A DNA stretch of 64,000 nt from Gemmatimonadota bacterium (GTDB lineage: Bacteria; Gemmatimonadota; Gemmatimonadetes; Gemmatimonadales; GWC2-71-9), in contig JBDGZZ010000003.1 in the NCBI GenBank assembly GCA_039588335.1, positions 1,907 to 65,906 on the forward strand, written 5' to 3'. A model generated the notes under the pieces. That model was given only the letters and a program-made list of their open reading frames with translations. It searched no databases and was not told where the DNA came from. The position numbers were made by a program, and so were the translations under genes. This document shows, piece after piece, positions 28,698 to 38,977 of this stretch (its first letter is position 1; every line of letters begins with the position of its first letter).

Positions 28698-29795
28698 TCA
28701 CACATTGAACCTGAACAACAACAAGTCGCCGTCTTGCACTACGTAGTCGCGCCCTTCGCTGCGGAGCAGTCCCTGCTCCCTCGCGACTTTGTACGATCCG
28801 GCAGCCACAAAGTCATCCACGTTTATCGTCTCGGCCCGGATGAAGCCGCGCTGGAAATCCGTGTGGATTTTCCCGGCTGCATCAAAAGCAGTTGTGCTGA
28901 TTGGAACGGTCCACGCACGGGCCTCCTTCTCACCGACTGTGAAGAACGTCTCCAGCTTCAACAGCCGGTAGCAGGCATGAATGAGTCGTTCCAGGCCGGG
29001 CTCCTCGATTCCAGATGCCGCCAGGAACTCAGCCCTCTCCGGTCCCTCCAATTCCGCCAGCTCGGCCTCGAATTTGGCAGAAACGGTGATGACCTCGGCC
29101 TCCTCATGGTGGAGCCGGATGGCCTCTCGCAGGGCCTGTACGGCCTGAGGATCTCCCCGGCCCAGGTCGTTCTCAGCGAGATTCGCTGCGTAGATCACTG
29201 GCCGTACAGTCAGGAAACCCAAGCTACGGCACGTGTTCAACTCGTCCTTCGAACGAACGGCTTCTCTTACGCCGCGTCCCCCCAGCAACTCCTCGATGAC
29301 TCGTTCCAGGAACTCGTCTTCGACCTGCGCGTCCTTGTCTCCCGATTTTGCAGCCTTGCGGGCGCGCTCTTGCCGGCGTTGTGCTACAGCTAGGTCGGCG
29401 AGGGCGAGTTCTCCTGTTATTACGTCGTGGTCTCTCACGGGGTCTAACGCACCCATCACGTGTGTCACGTCCGGGTCTTCGAAGCAACGCACTACATGCA
29501 CGATCGCCTCGACGTCTCTAATGTGGCTCAGAAACTGGTTCCCCAGTCCTTCTCCCTTGCTTGCGCCCTCCACCAGGCCGGCTATATCGACGAACTCGAC
29601 GATCGTTGGCACCACGCGGGGCGGCTTCGCGGCAGCAGCCAAGCGATCCAGTCTGTCGTCGGGTACCGTAACCACGCCGACGTTCGGCTCCACAGTACAG
29701 AAGGGGTAGTTCTCGGCGGGAGCCCCCGCCGCAGTGAGGGCGTTGAAGAGAGTGGATTTGCCTACGTTGGGCAGGCCTATGATGCCGATACGCAT
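28698..29795 (-). CDS. ychF: Redox-regulated ATPase YchF
   Basis: MRIGIIGLPNVGKSTLFNALT...VEFVDIAGLV...C-terminal TGS-like YVVQDGDLLLFRFNV. Confidence 0.95.
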   Translation of the reverse strand: MRIGIIGLPNVGKSTLFNALTAAGAPAENYPFCTVEPNVGVVTVPDDRLDRLAAAAKPPRVVPTIVEFVDIAGLVEGASKGEGLGNQFLSHIRDVEAIVHVVRCFEDPDVTHVMGALDPVRDHDVITGELALADLAVAQRRQERARKAAKSGDKDAQVEDEFLERVIEELLGGRGVREAVRSKDELNTCRSLGFLTVRPVIYAANLAENDLGRGDPQAVQALREAIRLHHEEAEVITVSAKFEAELAELEGPERAEFLAASGIEEPGLERLIHACYRLLKLETFFTVGEKEARAWTVPISTTAFDAAGKIHTDFQRGFIRAETINVDDFVAAGSYKVAREQGLLRSEGRDYVVQDGDLLLFRFNV

Positions 29796-29809
29796 TGTAC
29801 CCGTTCGCC

Positions 29810-29842
29810 GAGTCCGCTGAGCTGCATTCCCTCAGCGGACTC
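29810..29842 (-). terminator. Perfect 12-bp hairpin downstream of hppA (no U tract)
   Basis: GAGTCCGCTGAG-ctgcattcc-CTCAGCGGACTC, between the hppA stop (29914) and the ychF start (29795). Confidence 0.3.
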
Positions 29843-29854
29843 GGCATTGACTCG

Positions 29855-29893
29855 CCTACGCGTCTACGTGTCTACGTGTCTACGTGCCTACAC
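29855..29893. repeat. 8-nt tandem repeat: three perfect TCTACGTG units flanked by two degenerate units
   Basis: cctacgcg tctacgtg tctacgtg tctacgtg cctacac, read directly at 29855-29893. Confidence 0.85.
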
Positions 29894-29913
29894 AATTGCT
29901 AGACCGTCGCGCC

Positions 29914-31971
29914 TCAACTGACGAACCACGGCGCTAGGACCAGGCTCACCACCGCCATCAGCTTGATCAGGATGTTGAGCGACGGACCGCTGGTGTCTTT
30001 GAACGGGTCGCCCACGGTGTCACCCACAACCGCTGCCTTGTGCGGATCCGAGCCCTTGCCTCCATGTGCACCGCTTTCAATGTGCTTCTTTGCGTTATCC
30101 CATGCTCCGCCTGCGTTGGCCATGAACAGTGCCAACATGACTCCGACCAGTGTCGCTCCCGCTAGCATCCCGCCGAGCGTCTCGATGCCGAGGAACTTGC
30201 CCACCAGTATCGGAGCGACAATCGCGGTTAGTCCGGGAGCGATCATCTCGCGCAGGGCCGCTCGAGTGGAGATGTCGACACAACGGGCACTGTCGGGCTT
30301 AGCCTTGCCTTCCATCAGTCCGGTGATCTCCCGGAACTGGCGGCGCACTTCCTGAACCATGCCCTCGGCTGCTCTGCCGACCGCCGTCATTGTGGCAGAC
30401 GCGATCAAGAATGGGAGTATGCCGCCAAGGAAGAGCCCGATGACCACCGCTGGATTCACGATGTCCAGTACCAGTGGCTCGGCTCCCGGCGGTGTCACGG
30501 CGTTGGAGTAGGCGCTGAACAAGGCCAGGGCAGTGAGAGCCGCAGAGCCAATCGCGAAGCCCTTGCCCATCGCCGCGGTCGTGTTGCCTAGCGCGTCGAG
30601 TCCGTCGGTGATCTTGCGGACCTCCGGGCCGAGGCCTGCCATCTCCGTTATCCCGCCTGCGTTGTCGGCAATCGGTCCGTATGCGTCAACCGACATCGTC
30701 ACACCAACTGTTGCCAGCATGCCGACGGCGGCCATCCCGATGCCGTACAGCCCGGCATTGGCGTAGGCCACGTAGATCGCACCACTGAGTACCAGCAGCG
30801 GTGCCACCGTCGAGCGCATACCTACCGCGAGACCGGCGATGATGTTGGTGGCCGGCCCAGTCAGGCTCGCCTCGGCGATCGTCCGGATCGGTTTGGCCGC
30901 CGTGTAGTACTCGGTGATCAGGCCGATCATGATACCCGCTACCGTACCCACGACCACAGCCCAGAACGGTCCCATGGGGTTACCGGCGCCCGTCGCGGTC
31001 ATCAACCCGACATCGATCCGTCCATTGAGGAAATACGCCGCCACGAGAAATATCCCGGCGGCGATGAACGTGGACCAACGTAATGCGGCAGCCGGACTCG
31101 ATCGCTCGAGCACCCTGAAGATCGCGATCGCCAACAGGCTCGCGATGAGGCCCGCAAGAATGAACAGCACGGGGAGTACAATGCCTTCCATCCGGTTCTG
31201 GACCAGCGGGCTGGTCGCCGCGATCGCCACGGTAGCGATCACGGCACCAACGTAGCTCTCGAAGATGTCGGCACCCATGCCAGCTACGTCGCCCACGTTG
31301 TCCCCAACATTGTCGGCGATCGTTGCCGGGTTGCGCGGATCGTCTTCCGGGATGCCGGCTTCCACCTTGCCCACCAGGTCGGCTCCGACGTCAGCCGCTT
31401 TGGTGTAAATGCCTCCACCAACGCGAGCGAACAGCGCGATCGACGATGCGCCCATTGCGAAACCGGTGATGATCTCGGAGAAAGAGCGCCAGGCTTCGGC
31501 AGTGTCCGGGCTTCCCAGGAATGCTCTCATCACGATGCCGATTCCCAACAGCCCGAGGCTCGCAACGGACAGTCCCATCACCGCACCACCGTTGAATGCC
31601 ACGCGCAAAGCCATGGCCTGTCCCTTGGCTCTGGCAGCCTCACTCGTTCTTGCATTGGCCAGAGTCGCCGCCCTCATACCTAGGAAACCAGCCAGAACGG
31701 AACAGATGCCGCCAGCGAGATACGCCACTGATGTGCGCCAGCCGATCAACACTCCCAGGAGAGCTGCAATGACGATCAGGAAGGGTATGAGGATGCTGTA
31801 CTCTCGGCGCAGAAACGCCATTGCCCCCGCCTGGATGGCCTCCATGAGTTCACGCATCAATTCGCTGCCGGGAGACTGTCGGCGCACGTACATGAACGTG
31901 AGCCAGGCGATGAATAATCCTGCCGCTCCCACAGCGATAGCCCACAACGATAGGTACTCGTAACTAAACAC
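29914..31971 (-). CDS. hppA: Membrane-bound (ion-translocating) inorganic pyrophosphatase, K+-dependent type
   Basis: [55 protein letters not shown]. The [18 protein letters not shown] motif has Ala rather than Lys, which marks the K+-dependent class by established knowledge. GTG start. Confidence 0.95.
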   Translation of the reverse strand: MFSYEYLSLWAIAVGAAGLFIAWLTFMYVRRQSPGSELMRELMEAIQAGAMAFLRREYSILIPFLIVIAALLGVLIGWRTSVAYLAGGICSVLAGFLGMRAATLANARTSEAARAKGQAMALRVAFNGGAVMGLSVASLGLLGIGIVMRAFLGSPDTAEAWRSFSEIITGFAMGASSIALFARVGGGIYTKAADVGADLVGKVEAGIPEDDPRNPATIADNVGDNVGDVAGMGADIFESYVGAVIATVAIAATSPLVQNRMEGIVLPVLFILAGLIASLLAIAIFRVLERSSPAAALRWSTFIAAGIFLVAAYFLNGRIDVGLMTATGAGNPMGPFWAVVVGTVAGIMIGLITEYYTAAKPIRTIAEASLTGPATNIIAGLAVGMRSTVAPLLVLSGAIYVAYANAGLYGIGMAAVGMLATVGVTMSVDAYGPIADNAGGITEMAGLGPEVRKITDGLDALGNTTAAMGKGFAIGSAALTALALFSAYSNAVTPPGAEPLVLDIVNPAVVIGLFLGGILPFLIASATMTAVGRAAEGMVQEVRRQFREITGLMEGKAKPDSARCVDISTRAALREMIAPGLTAIVAPILVGKFLGIETLGGMLAGATLVGVMLALFMANAGGAWDNAKKHIESGAHGGKGSDPHKAAVVGDTVGDPFKDTSGPSLNILIKLMAVVSLVLAPWFVS

Positions 31972-31972
31972 T

Positions 31973-32548
31973 CTATTGTCCTTTTCGGTTGAACTGGTTC
32001 ATGGCGGTCTCGATTCCCTCTCCGATCCAGCACTCGACAGCTTCTGTGAGGGTGGGAAGCACTGCCGCCAGCGTCTCTACTTCATCCTGCTCGAATGGTG
32101 ACAGCACGAAATCTGCCGGATCAACGGAGTCGTCCGGCACAGGTCCGATCCCAATTCGCAGCCGGGAGTATTCTTGCGATCCCAAGGCATCTTCGATGCT
32201 CAACAGCCCGTTGTGGCCCCCGGCCGAGCCCCGTGAACGTAGACGAAACGTCCCGATCTCGAGTGCGTAGTCGTCCACGAGCACCAACATATCGGTGGAG
32301 ACCTCGAACCCGGGCTCGTTGAACAGGGGACCCAGAGCCGTGCCACTGCGGTTCATGTAGGTCTGCGGCTGCACGATCGCGACGTTCTCGTCGCAGACTC
32401 TCCCGTTTGTGACCCGCGCCCGTCCGACCCGTTTGAAACGGGGTGCCCCCCACTCCTTGGCCAGGAATTCACTGAGAATGAATCCGGCGTTGTGTCGGGT
32501 GACCGCGTACTCCGACCCGGGATTGCCCAGCGCAACGACGGCGCGCAG
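31973..32548 (-). CDS. pth: Peptidyl-tRNA hydrolase, with start inferred at CTG 32548
   Basis: The ORF track starts at GTG 32374. The frame is open upstream and encodes (L)[22 protein letters not shown], the conserved Pth N-terminus with the catalytic His. GAGGG lies 7 nt before the CTG. See findings. Confidence 0.85.
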   Translation of the reverse strand: MRAVVALGNPGSEYAVTRHNAGFILSEFLAKEWGAPRFKRVGRARVTNGRVCDENVAIVQPQTYMNRSGTALGPLFNEPGFEVSTDMLVLVDDYALEIGTFRLRSRGSAGGHNGLLSIEDALGSQEYSRLRIGIGPVPDDSVDPADFVLSPFEQDEVETLAAVLPTLTEAVECWIGEGIETAMNQFNRKGQ

Positions 32549-32551
32549 TGG

Positions 32552-33238
32552 CTAGCCCTCTGCTTCTGAGCTCTCGCCCTTGGTCTCGTCCCCCTCCTCG
32601 CCCTCGGCCCTCGGCTTCCGGATGAGTTCCGGTTCCAGAGCCTCTTCCTCTTCCTCTTCGGCCACCACGACCGGCTCAGCCTCGACACGCGGCGGTACGA
32701 CCGTGCAGATGGTTTTGTCCGGGTCGTCGAGAATCTCGGCGTTCGCTACCTCTATGTCGCGCACATGGAGGGAATGCCCGACTGAGAGTTCGTTGACGTC
32801 GACTTCGACCGACTCCGGCATGTTTCGTGGCAGAACCCTGATCTCAATTTCACGGAGAATCTGGTCCAGCACGCCACCTTGGTTGCGCACGCCTTCCGGC
32901 GAGCCAACGAGGTGGATAGGAGCGCGCACGGTCAGTTTTTCGCCTGCGTGCACTTCGAGAAAGTCGATGTGTAGAACTTGTGACCGGGTCGGGTGCCGTT
33001 GCACCTCGCGGATCAAGGTTCTCACTGTCCTCTCACCTAGCTTCAATTCGACCATCGTCGAAGTCCCTGCGGTGGCTAGAATCTTGTCGAGTTCCGCCTC
33101 ATGGACTGTGAGAGCCTGAGCGTCCCGTCCATGCCCGTATATCACCGCCGGCACCTTCCCGGCACGCCGCAGCTGGCGGGCCATGCCCTTCCCGGTGCCG
33201 CTCCGTGTTTCTGCTTCCAATATCATTGTCTCGGCCAT
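32552..33238 (-). CDS. rplY: 50S ribosomal protein L25 / general stress protein Ctc
   Basis: AETRSGTGKGMARQLRRAGKVPAVIYGHG..., with an acidic C-terminal tail. Confidence 0.9.
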   Translation of the reverse strand: MAETMILEAETRSGTGKGMARQLRRAGKVPAVIYGHGRDAQALTVHEAELDKILATAGTSTMVELKLGERTVRTLIREVQRHPTRSQVLHIDFLEVHAGEKLTVRAPIHLVGSPEGVRNQGGVLDQILREIEIRVLPRNMPESVEVDVNELSVGHSLHVRDIEVANAEILDDPDKTICTVVPPRVEAEPVVVAEEEEEEALEPELIRKPRAEGEEGDETKGESSEAEG

Positions 33239-33275
33239 CGTTCTTCTTCCTACAGTTTCTCGTTTCGCGTCGGTG

Positions 33276-34250
33276 TCAATCGAACAGCGAGCTTACCGAC
33301 TGTGCGCTATGGGTGAAATGGATGGCCTTCGCCAACAGTTCCGCTACCGACAAGATCTTTAGGTTGTCGAACCGTCTGGCTTCGGGAAGGCACATCGTAT
33401 TGGTAACCGCTATCTCTTCCATGGGACTGGCGCTGAGCCGATCCACCGCCGGTCCCGACAGAAGCGCGTGCGTCGCGCATGCGTAGACTCTCCGGGCTCC
33501 CAGGCGATTGAGTGCATGAGCGGCCTCAGACATGGTTCCTGCCGTATCGATGAGGTCATCGACGAGCAGGCAATCTTTGTCAGTTACGTCGCCCACCACG
33601 TTTACCACTTCGGCGATGTTGGCAGACGGTCGCCGCTTGTCGATAATCGCCAGCGACGCATCGAGGCGCTTGGCGAATCCACGGGCCATCTTTGCTCCCC
33701 CAACGTCGGGGGCGACAACCACCGGCTTGTGCAGCCGTTTCTGCCGGTAGTGCTGCACGAAAACCGGGGCGGCATACAGGTGGTCGGTCGGGATGTCGAA
33801 AAACCCCTGCAGCTGATGCTGGTGAAAATCGATCGCCAATACCCGGTCCGTTCCGGCAGTCGCGATCACATTGGCCATCAACTTGGCGCTGATCGCAACG
33901 CGGGGCTGGTCCTTCCTGTCCTGCCGTCCGTAACCGTAGTAGGGTATGACCGCCGACACCCGTGCCGCACTCGCCCTGCATGCGGCGTCTATCAGTATCA
34001 ACAGCTCGATGATGTTCTCAGCCGGAGGACAGGTCGGTTGAATGATGAACACGTCCTGCCCTCTGACATTCTCGTCGATCTTGACAAAGATCTCGCCATC
34101 CGCGAACCGTCTGATCGTTACCTCACACAACGGTTGTCCGAGATGGTCGGCGATTTCCTGGGCAAGCGGCAGGTTTGCTGTGCCCGACATCAGGAGCATC
34201 TTGCTCGACGCGGCTGCGAATTCACCAGTATCAGACATGAGAGCCACCAA
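33276..34250 (-). CDS. prs: Ribose-phosphate pyrophosphokinase
   Basis: RFADGEIFVKIDENVRGQDVFIIQ...YYGYGRQDRK...LLVDDLIDTAGT. Confidence 0.95.
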   Translation of the reverse strand: MVALMSDTGEFAAASSKMLLMSGTANLPLAQEIADHLGQPLCEVTIRRFADGEIFVKIDENVRGQDVFIIQPTCPPAENIIELLILIDAACRASAARVSAVIPYYGYGRQDRKDQPRVAISAKLMANVIATAGTDRVLAIDFHQHQLQGFFDIPTDHLYAAPVFVQHYRQKRLHKPVVVAPDVGGAKMARGFAKRLDASLAIIDKRRPSANIAEVVNVVGDVTDKDCLLVDDLIDTAGTMSEAAHALNRLGARRVYACATHALLSGPAVDRLSASPMEEIAVTNTMCLPEARRFDNLKILSVAELLAKAIHFTHSAQSVSSLFD

Positions 34251-34324
34251 ACTTACTTATGGTCGGGGATATCGAGAAGGGCCATCGCACTCCTGCGTCC
34301 TCATCTTCCCTGTGCCGACCGGAA

Positions 34325-34395
34325 TTGGCCCCGGTGGATTCGAACCACCATCGCCGGATCCAAAGACCGGTGTCCTGCCATTGGACGAGGGGCCA
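34325..34395 (-). tRNA. tRNA-Gln (anticodon TTG)
   Basis: Hand-folded: TGGCCCC/TC/GTCC-AATGGCA-GGAC/A/CCGGT-CTTTGGA-TCCGG/CGAT/GGTGG-TTCGAAT-CCACC/GGGGCCA+A. Has the U1:A72 pair typical of bacterial tRNA-Gln, one U-U at 31:39, and no encoded CCA. Confidence 0.85.
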
Positions 34396-34473
34396 CCAAA
34401 TTCTTACGAGCTAACGTTTTACGAACCCAAGCTGAGGGCACAAAAGCTAACCAGGAAGGAGCGAAATGTCACT

Positions 34474-35409
34474 TTACTCAGTCACCTCAATTGGCACGTG
34501 AGCGGCTTGGGCGCGGGTCATCGTTTTGATCAGCCGGTACTCCCGCTCGCCGATTTCCGTCGCCGCATTGTCGAGTTCGAGATCGTTCTTGTACAAACCG
34601 AACACCGCCGATCCTGAGCCCGACACGCGCACCAATTGCGGCCCGGTTTGGGCGATTCGCTCGAATAGCTCCCGCAATCGCGGTTCCCGCCCGAACAGTA
34701 CAGTCTCGAAATCGTTGCCGCCGAGCCGTCCCATCCCGCCCCAGTTAGTGAGGGCATCCGAATCGAGCACCATGGCGCCGCGACGGCTCCCGGAGCCTCG
34801 CCCGGCCGACAGCAGCTCGTAAGCCTCCTTGGTGCTGACTCCGAAGTCGGGAACCGCGACAAGCACAGGAGTGGGAGCGGGTGCTCGGAGGCGAAACAGA
34901 CGCTCACCCCGGCTCCAGCCGAGCGCCAACGGTGCCCCCGAAGATAGAAACGGCACGTCACTCCCGAGTTTGGCTGCAAACTGCAGGATCTCGTGACGCG
35001 GGACAGCATCACCGGCGAGTCGATTGACTGCGTGCAACGCAGCCGCGCCATCGCTCGATCCTCCACCCAGTCCTGCCCGTACCGGAATCTCCTTGTTCAG
35101 GTGTATGTGGACTCCGAACTTGCGACCCGTTGCCTCGAGCACCATGGCCGCTGCCCTATACGCCAAGTTTTGTTCGGCAGGACCTGTTTGAGCTCCTTCA
35201 ACCGATAGCTCGATACCGTTATCGATGCGCTCGATGGTCAGGCTGTCGCACAACTCGAGTAGGGTAAACAGTGTCTCGATGGAGTGATATCCCGAATCTT
35301 CACGAGCCAGCACGCGCAGGAACAAGTTTGCCTTGGCATGAGCCTGGATCTGAACCGCACGGAGCTCAACGGTGGCCCCGCTTGCTGGGGGGTTGTTGGG
35401 TTGGCTCAT
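34474..35409 (-). CDS. ispE: 4-diphosphocytidyl-2-C-methyl-D-erythritol kinase
   Basis: AHAKANLFLRVL...IETLF...NKEIPVRAGLGGGSSDGAAAL (GHMP kinase motif). Confidence 0.9.
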   Translation of the reverse strand: MSQPNNPPASGATVELRAVQIQAHAKANLFLRVLAREDSGYHSIETLFTLLELCDSLTIERIDNGIELSVEGAQTGPAEQNLAYRAAAMVLEATGRKFGVHIHLNKEIPVRAGLGGGSSDGAAALHAVNRLAGDAVPRHEILQFAAKLGSDVPFLSSGAPLALGWSRGERLFRLRAPAPTPVLVAVPDFGVSTKEAYELLSAGRGSGSRRGAMVLDSDALTNWGGMGRLGGNDFETVLFGREPRLRELFERIAQTGPQLVRVSGSGSAVFGLYKNDLELDNAATEIGEREYRLIKTMTRAQAAHVPIEVTE

Positions 35410-36539
35410 TGGAAACCCTGCGGGGAGTCACCGGAAGTGCTCGGATCCTCAATCGTTGCCGATAGTGCTTCGTCGCGGACCTCGGTTGTGGTGTCCTTAA
35501 GATCCGTCAGATGTAGATGTGCTCGGGAGAGTGACCACATGCCGAGCAACGTTATCGGGATGAACCCACCGAGGTGGAAGCCAAATGCGTAGGAAACGGC
35601 TGGCCCGGCCGGAACTCCATAGAGGGCCAGCGCATACCGGCAAACGACTTCCCACTGACCGAAGAAACCTGGACTGAACTGGACGGCCACACCGAAGGCC
35701 AGCAGAGACTGCAGCATGATCGCCGCAGACCAAGGGACGTCGATGGAGAACGCGAGGAATGCGATCCAAAGCGATGCCGCAGCGGTCAGCCATACCACGA
35801 GAGACCAGAAGAGGACGGCCAGTAACCGCTTGGGGCTGCGGAGCGCCTCCAGTCCCGACAGCAGTCCTTGCACAAAGTGGATCGTGCGGTCCCCCCACCG
35901 ATGCGGAAGCAACGCTTGTGCAACTGTGCGTGTCATCGCCAAGGCTCTTTCAGGTCGCTGAACGACAACGATGGCGATCACCAGTATGCCGAAGAACGTA
36001 ACGGACGCTGTTCGGGCGATCTGGCCCAACGTTACAGCTCCGATGGTTGTGTCGACTCCGAAACCGCCGGCCCAAGTCCCGACGACGAGCAGGATGACCA
36101 ATGTGATCCCGTCGACCATTCGCTCCACAGCTATCGACGCGAACGCCGTGCTGAACGGCGCCCCGGTCAGTCGGCGCGCAGCGTAGGCTCGGGCAAACTC
36201 ACCGGCTCGGGCTGGTAGCAGATTTGTGGCCATGAAGCCGATGGCCGTGGCATGCCAGAGCGGAACGAAGGGAAGTGTTTCCCCCTCGAGTCGCAGCAGG
36301 TATTGCCAGCGAACGGTCCTGAGCGGGAAGGTGAGAGTTGCGACTCCGACGGCCAACAAGAACAGCACGATTCGCACGCCACTGATGTGTTCCCATAGTT
36401 CCGACAGACTGACGTCGTGCAGGGTCCACCAGACAAGGAGGACGGAGATCGCAAGCCCGGCTGCTCCGGTCCAACCGAAGCGTGTGGGCTTACTCTTGCT
36501 GTCCGGCTGAGAGATCGACGAGGTCGAGGAGTTCGTCAA
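35406..36539 (-). CDS. Flippase-like / lysylphosphatidylglycerol-synthase-type transmembrane domain protein (UPF0104)
   Basis: About 8 TM segments. RTVRWQYLL and LLPARAGEFARAY blocks typical of UPF0104. Confidence 0.6.
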   Translation of the reverse strand: MTNSSTSSISQPDSKSKPTRFGWTGAAGLAISVLLVWWTLHDVSLSELWEHISGVRIVLFLLAVGVATLTFPLRTVRWQYLLRLEGETLPFVPLWHATAIGFMATNLLPARAGEFARAYAARRLTGAPFSTAFASIAVERMVDGITLVILLVVGTWAGGFGVDTTIGAVTLGQIARTASVTFFGILVIAIVVVQRPERALAMTRTVAQALLPHRWGDRTIHFVQGLLSGLEALRSPKRLLAVLFWSLVVWLTAAASLWIAFLAFSIDVPWSAAIMLQSLLAFGVAVQFSPGFFGQWEVVCRYALALYGVPAGPAVSYAFGFHLGGFIPITLLGMWSLSRAHLHLTDLKDTTTEVRDEALSATIEDPSTSGDSPQGFQ

Positions 36540-38226
36540 CGAGATCTTCGAGGCGCGGCCCGTGCATTTCCGGTCTGGCCAGGGCTTCCCGAATCTGCTT
36601 GCGGATTGCCCGAGCGCGCATGCGAGCGGTTGCTCCGCCGTAGCACAATTCCGCGATGGGTACTACATCCTCGTGCACGGGCTCTTCAGCGGCACGGGGC
36701 TCCGAAGACGGAACCAAGGCCGGTTCCTGCTCCGCTGCCGTTCCGATCAACTCGTCGAGCGACGGTTCATCGGGAGAAAGACCCTCGACGAGACGCTCGT
36801 ATTTGATCCAGCTCCCGACGAGATCGACGGTTTCTGCTTCAGGTTCCTTCTCCCTGGCCGCGGCAATCTCTTGCTCCGATTCTTCTACGACACTCAGGGG
36901 GACTTCCGCTGAGGGGGAGCGCGGGCGATTCAGTGCGCCGTCGGTTGGCACGGCCGGGGCCGGTTCGGGAGCTGCCGGAATCGCGCTGATCGCCGAACTC
37001 ACACCCGACAGCAGATCCACCAGCCGATGCTCCTCGCCGCCTGCCGAGGTGCTCAGGACCGCGCCCGCTTCACGCAGGTATGCGGCGAACTCCTTCGTAT
37101 GAACAAGGGGGGCACCCCTCGTCAGTGCAGCGCTAGCCTCGCGGGCGAATCTGGCGACCGCGTTCTCCAGCGGGCCCCCGCCGGCGATCATGAGGGATCG
37201 GAAAGTCGACGTCAGTGCGAGGGCTCTCATCTCGCGCTGAGTGTCCCACTGCGCGCGTTCCAGCTCGTCTGCAGCCTGTTTCAGATGCTCGCCGTGCGCA
37301 ACCAACTCCAATCTGGCCAACCGGCCCGGGACGGCGACCTGGGTGCCTGCCGAAAGGATGTGGGGACCGATGTCGTCGTAATAGAGGTCTTGGATCGGAA
37401 CTACCTCACCCGCGACGTCCAACATTGCTCCGAACCGGCGCGCGAACTCACGGGCTTCGGGGGAATCGGGACGGGCTGCACCTGAGGCTGTGATCTCCTG
37501 AGCCGCATTGGTGAGAGCCCTGGCCGCGACGTCGAACAGCTGTGCGAGGTCGCTGGGATCGTCCACCGCTTTCTTTGCGACTGCGATGGCTCGCTCGACC
37601 CCGTCGAGGACTTCCGGCACCGGTGAGAGGTCGGGCAATCCCGCGAGTCCACGCAACGGCTGCATCGTCTTCACGAGTTCTTCCAACTGCTCCGGATGCG
37701 GTGTTTCCCTGAGCAGCTGTTTTGAGGTCTGATCCAGCGTGCTGGCAACAGTTGCGCTTTCCCGAGCAATGAACGCACGCGTGCCTGAGTCGAGACCCTC
37801 CTTTTCTTCCTCCTTGCGTGCCGCTTCGGCAACTGCACTACCAGCCGCGCTGTTCAACTCGGTGGCTACTTCCCGGGCCTTGGTCTCCTCCTCGTCCGTC
37901 CACTCGCCCACGGCTCGAACCAGGATCTTGAGGTCATCCACTGCGCTGGTAGCGATCTGCTTGTTGCCCGCATCCCACGGCACACGCTCCTCACGAATTG
38001 CCCGTGCCAAGTTTTCCAACCCCGCCGCCACCTCGCCTATGTGCTGCTCGTTGGCCATCAAGGCCGACCCTCTCAGCGCTCGGGCAAGGCGTACGAACTC
38101 CTCCTTGTCCGGTTGGCCAGAGGCGGACACCACGGCATCGAGGCGCTCGAGATACTCGCTCGCCTCCATTGCGAAGAATTCCTTCAATCCCATTCGGGCG
38201 TTCATCGTCTTTGATCTCAGGTCCAA
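36490..38226 (-). CDS. Acidic helical protein with N-terminal Hpt-like domain lacking the phospho-accepting His
   Basis: LKEFFAMEASEYLERLDAVV...FVRLARALRGSALMA resembles the Hpt signature (H-x-x-KGSA), but the His position is Arg. The remainder is helical, Ala/Glu-rich and of no recognised family. Confidence 0.4.
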   Translation of the reverse strand: MDLRSKTMNARMGLKEFFAMEASEYLERLDAVVSASGQPDKEEFVRLARALRGSALMANEQHIGEVAAGLENLARAIREERVPWDAGNKQIATSAVDDLKILVRAVGEWTDEEETKAREVATELNSAAGSAVAEAARKEEEKEGLDSGTRAFIARESATVASTLDQTSKQLLRETPHPEQLEELVKTMQPLRGLAGLPDLSPVPEVLDGVERAIAVAKKAVDDPSDLAQLFDVAARALTNAAQEITASGAARPDSPEAREFARRFGAMLDVAGEVVPIQDLYYDDIGPHILSAGTQVAVPGRLARLELVAHGEHLKQAADELERAQWDTQREMRALALTSTFRSLMIAGGGPLENAVARFAREASAALTRGAPLVHTKEFAAYLREAGAVLSTSAGGEEHRLVDLLSGVSSAISAIPAAPEPAPAVPTDGALNRPRSPSAEVPLSVVEESEQEIAAAREKEPEAETVDLVGSWIKYERLVEGLSPDEPSLDELIGTAAEQEPALVPSSEPRAAEEPVHEDVVPIAELCYGGATARMRARAIRKQIREALARPEMHGPRLEDLVDELLDLVDLSAGQQE

Positions 38227-38254
38227 GCTAAGCTACGGTTGCTCTCCCACCCGG

Positions 38255-38977
38255 TCAACGAGCAGCATCCATGAGGGATCGCATTTCTCGGACCGCCTCC
38301 TCCATTCCGACCGTAATACTGCGGCTCACTATGCTATGCCCGATGTTCAACTCTTCGATTTCACGGATGGCCGCCACCGACTGGACATTGTCGTACGTGA
38401 GGCCGTGACCGGCGTGAACTGCCAGGCCTGCTGCCTTGGCGTGGTGAACCGCCGTGCGCAGCCGCTCGATCGGGTCGTCCGATGTCAGGTAGTGGTTGGC
38501 GTACTCACCAGTGTGCAGTTCGACTGCCGACGCATTCAGTTCAGCCGCGCGGTCGATCGTGGCCAGGTCCGGATCGATGAACAGGCTCACCGTGATTCCG
38601 GCCGTTCTCAGCTTGTCGATGGTGTCAATCAACCTTGGATCGGTTTGCCCTTCCGCCCCGAGGTCCAGACCTCCCTCCGTCGTGATCTCTTCGCGTTTTT
38701 CAGGGACCAAGGTGGCGTGATCTGGCTCCAACTCGAGGGCGAGCCCCAGGATGTCGGCTGCAGTAGCGAGTTCCAGGTTCAGGGCCGTGGTCACACTCTC
38801 CGCAATCATCCGCACATCGTTATCTTGAATGTGGCGCCGGTCCTCTCGGAGGTGTACGGTAATACCGTCGGCTCCCCCTCGTTCGCAGAGGCTAGCCGCT
38901 TCCTGAGGGGACGGCTCGGCCGCCCTTCTTGCCTGTCTGATCGTGGCCACGTGATCTACGTTTACGTAAAGGCGCAT
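38255..38977 (-). CDS. pdxJ: Pyridoxine 5'-phosphate synthase
   Basis: [17 protein letters not shown]...[13 protein letters not shown]...ELHTG...HAGHGL. I prefer ATG 38977 over the ORF-track start at 39055. Confidence 0.9.
   Translation of the reverse strand: MRLYVNVDHVATIRQARRAAEPSPQEAASLCERGGADGITVHLREDRRHIQDNDVRMIAESVTTALNLELATAADILGLALELEPDHATLVPEKREEITTEGGLDLGAEGQTDPRLIDTIDKLRTAGITVSLFIDPDLATIDRAAELNASAVELHTGEYANHYLTSDDPIERLRTAVHHAKAAGLAVHAGHGLTYDNVQSVAAIREIEELNIGHSIVSRSITVGMEEAVREMRSLMDAAR

Noticed and set aside
32552-32554. Programmed stop-codon read-through producing L25-Pth (and DegV-RsfS) fusion proteins, since both downstream genes are in frame with the upstream stops
   Set aside because: Being in frame has a 1/3 chance for each pair. 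A GAGGG Shine-Dalgarno sequence before the CTG explains pth more simply. No read-through context or selenocysteine-insertion-like structure was recognised. The point is kept only as a minor alternative in the findings.
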